Shown piece by piece: positions 33,244 through 34,141 of a stretch of 34,141 nt of DNA. A program made the position numbers and the translations under genes. Position 1 is the stretch's first letter; each line of letters begins with the position of its first letter. Location: IMG/VR virus record IMGVR_UViG_3300017553_000344, positions 1 to 34,141 of that record, one strand, 5' to 3'. The stretch comes from a virus. Its lineage: Duplodnaviria; Caudoviricetes. The notes beneath the pieces are model-generated. The model ran no database searches and was not told where the DNA came from. It saw nothing but the letters and a program-made list of their open reading frames with translations.

Positions 33244-34141
33244 CAAAACATCTCCATCTGCTTGGCGGCGAGCGCATCCATCAACGCGCCGATAACCTCG
33301 GCTGCAAGCGGTGGGACAATCGCATTACCGAAGCCAGACCACGCGGCGATCCGGCTCACCCAGCGCTCTTCTTCCTGGTGCGCGGTCGGGCAGAGTTCTG
33401 CGGGGCGAGGTATAGCCACGCGGCCTCGTACCCCATTAACCAGCAAGGGTGCGCCGGCGTCGGCGACCCGACGCGCTTTGCCGTCATGGCAGATGATCCA
33501 GTCGGCCCCGGCCCACCATGAGCCGTTTCGACCATGACCGTGCATATCCCGTCGCCCGCCTGATCGCTGCAACCCTTCGCTCCCCTCGCGCTGAAATTGC
33601 CGTGAACGGTCACTGTGGGCCACGCGGCCATAACCGTTTGGATCGACACCCCGGTTTTCCTGCTCTCCGGGTCGGGACCGACCGCCGATGCCTTCACGGT
33701 CGGCCAAGGCACCGCAATCATTTGTCGGGGCAACTGGTCGATCCTGCTCCCGCCGTCCGGGCGATCGGTCGCCATCCCGGCGCTGTCTTTCCAGTCGCGA
33801 GCGCTGGGCGTCACCCAGGGTGACGCCTTGAATAGCAGCCCGTTCAGCAGAGGCTCGCTCGATCGAGCGCCGCCCCTCGCCTTCCTCCCGCCCGTCACGT
33901 CCGCAACTGTCGGCGTCGGCCACAGCGACCCAGTATTGCCGGTTCCGTTCGTGAGGACCGTCGACCGCGAGAGCCGGGATATCGACTGCCCGGCTGGCGT
34001 AGTTTTCTCCCTCCAGACTAGCGCGCACTCCGTCGAACCAACCATAGCCAGCCTTTCCCGCAACCTGCTCTCCCACAAGGACAGCGGGCCGGTAGGATCG
34101 GAGCAATCGAAGTACGTCCGGCCACAAGTGCCTTGGATCAT
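33243..34141 (-). CDS. C5-cytosine DNA methyltransferase, main (alpha) chain, 3' part
   Basis: DPRHLWP, GEQV (motif VI), HERNR.YWVA (VIII), GFGNAIVP (X); frame open to the window edge; motif IX absent from this frame. Confidence 0.85.
   Translation of the reverse strand, partial: DPRHLWPDVLRLLRSYRPAVLVGEQVAGKAGYGWFDGVRASLEGENYASRAVDIPALAVDGPHERNRQYWVAVADADSCGRDGREEGEGRRSIERASAERAAIQGVTLGDAQRSRLERQRRDGDRSPGRREQDRPVAPTNDCGALADREGIGGRSRPGEQENRGVDPNGYGRVAHSDRSRQFQREGSEGLQRSGGRRDMHGHGRNGSWWAGADWIICHDGKARRVADAGAPLLVNGVRGRVAIPRPAELCPTAHQEEERWVSRIAAWSGFGNAIVPPLAAEVIGALMDALAAKQMEMF
33356..34141 (-). CDS. Alternative-frame (beta) subunit of the C5 methyltransferase
   Basis: Fully overlapping ORF with four W(P/V)T(P/V) repeats and P.H.CWLMGY...W (motif IX-like). 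Confidence 0.75.
   Translation of the reverse strand: MIQGTCGRTYFDCSDPTGPLSLWESRLRERLAMVGSTECALVWREKTTPAGQSISRLSRSTVLTNGTGNTGSLWPTPTVADVTGGRKARGGARSSEPLLNGLLFKASPWVTPSARDWKDSAGMATDRPDGGSRIDQLPRQMIAVPWPTVKASAVGPDPESRKTGVSIQTVMAAWPTVTVHGNFSARGAKGCSDQAGDGICTVMVETAHGGPGPTGSSAMTAKRVGSPTPAHPCWLMGYEAAWLYLAPQNSARPRTRKKSAG

Larger units (their letters stand above)
1..34141. mobile_element. Temperate siphovirus-like prophage or phage genome segment (alphaproteobacterial, probably Sphingomonadaceae host); both ends lie outside the window
   Basis: Lambdoid gene order: repressor/cro, replication, terS/terL, portal, head, tail tube, tape measure, tail tip, lysis. No sheath gene seen. Confidence 0.96.

Noticed and set aside
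1-34141. Gene transfer agent rather than prophage
   Set aside because: Some proteins resemble GTA components, but the window has its own repressor/cro switch, replication origin and initiator, methyltransferases and lysis cassette.

Overview
The whole window is a temperate siphovirus-type (pro)phage of an alphaproteobacterium, most likely Sphingomonadaceae. The host call is an inference from a GapR homolog, an alpha-type LexA box and high GC. Left to right it holds: an immunity switch (partial ImmA/IrrE-like protease, XRE repressor, operators, Cro); early and replication genes (LexA-like HTH, GapR, adenine MTase, nuclease, initiator with iteron origin, LmbU-like regulator); packaging, head, tail and lysis modules; then a LexA-boxed gene pair and the 3' part of a two-frame C5 methyltransferase. 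No integrase or att site is visible. Main observations: (1) the portal carries a C-terminal Acb1-like 2H phosphoesterase behind a linker with candidate protease sites and a 13-nt perfect anti-SD match; (2) a CGTCCGTA promoter element occurs six times at late-module junctions, sits 42-43 nt before a leaderless ATG in five cases, and marks the slots where accessory genes are inserted; (3) the tail-fibre slot encodes a PhoD-like phosphatase with intact metal ligands; (4) an RcGTA-like head-spike base may anchor an SGNH esterase; (5) hidden genes include an embedded o-spanin, a -1 frameshifted tail chaperone and an alternative-frame MTase subunit. All family assignments come from motif recognition by eye, not database searches.
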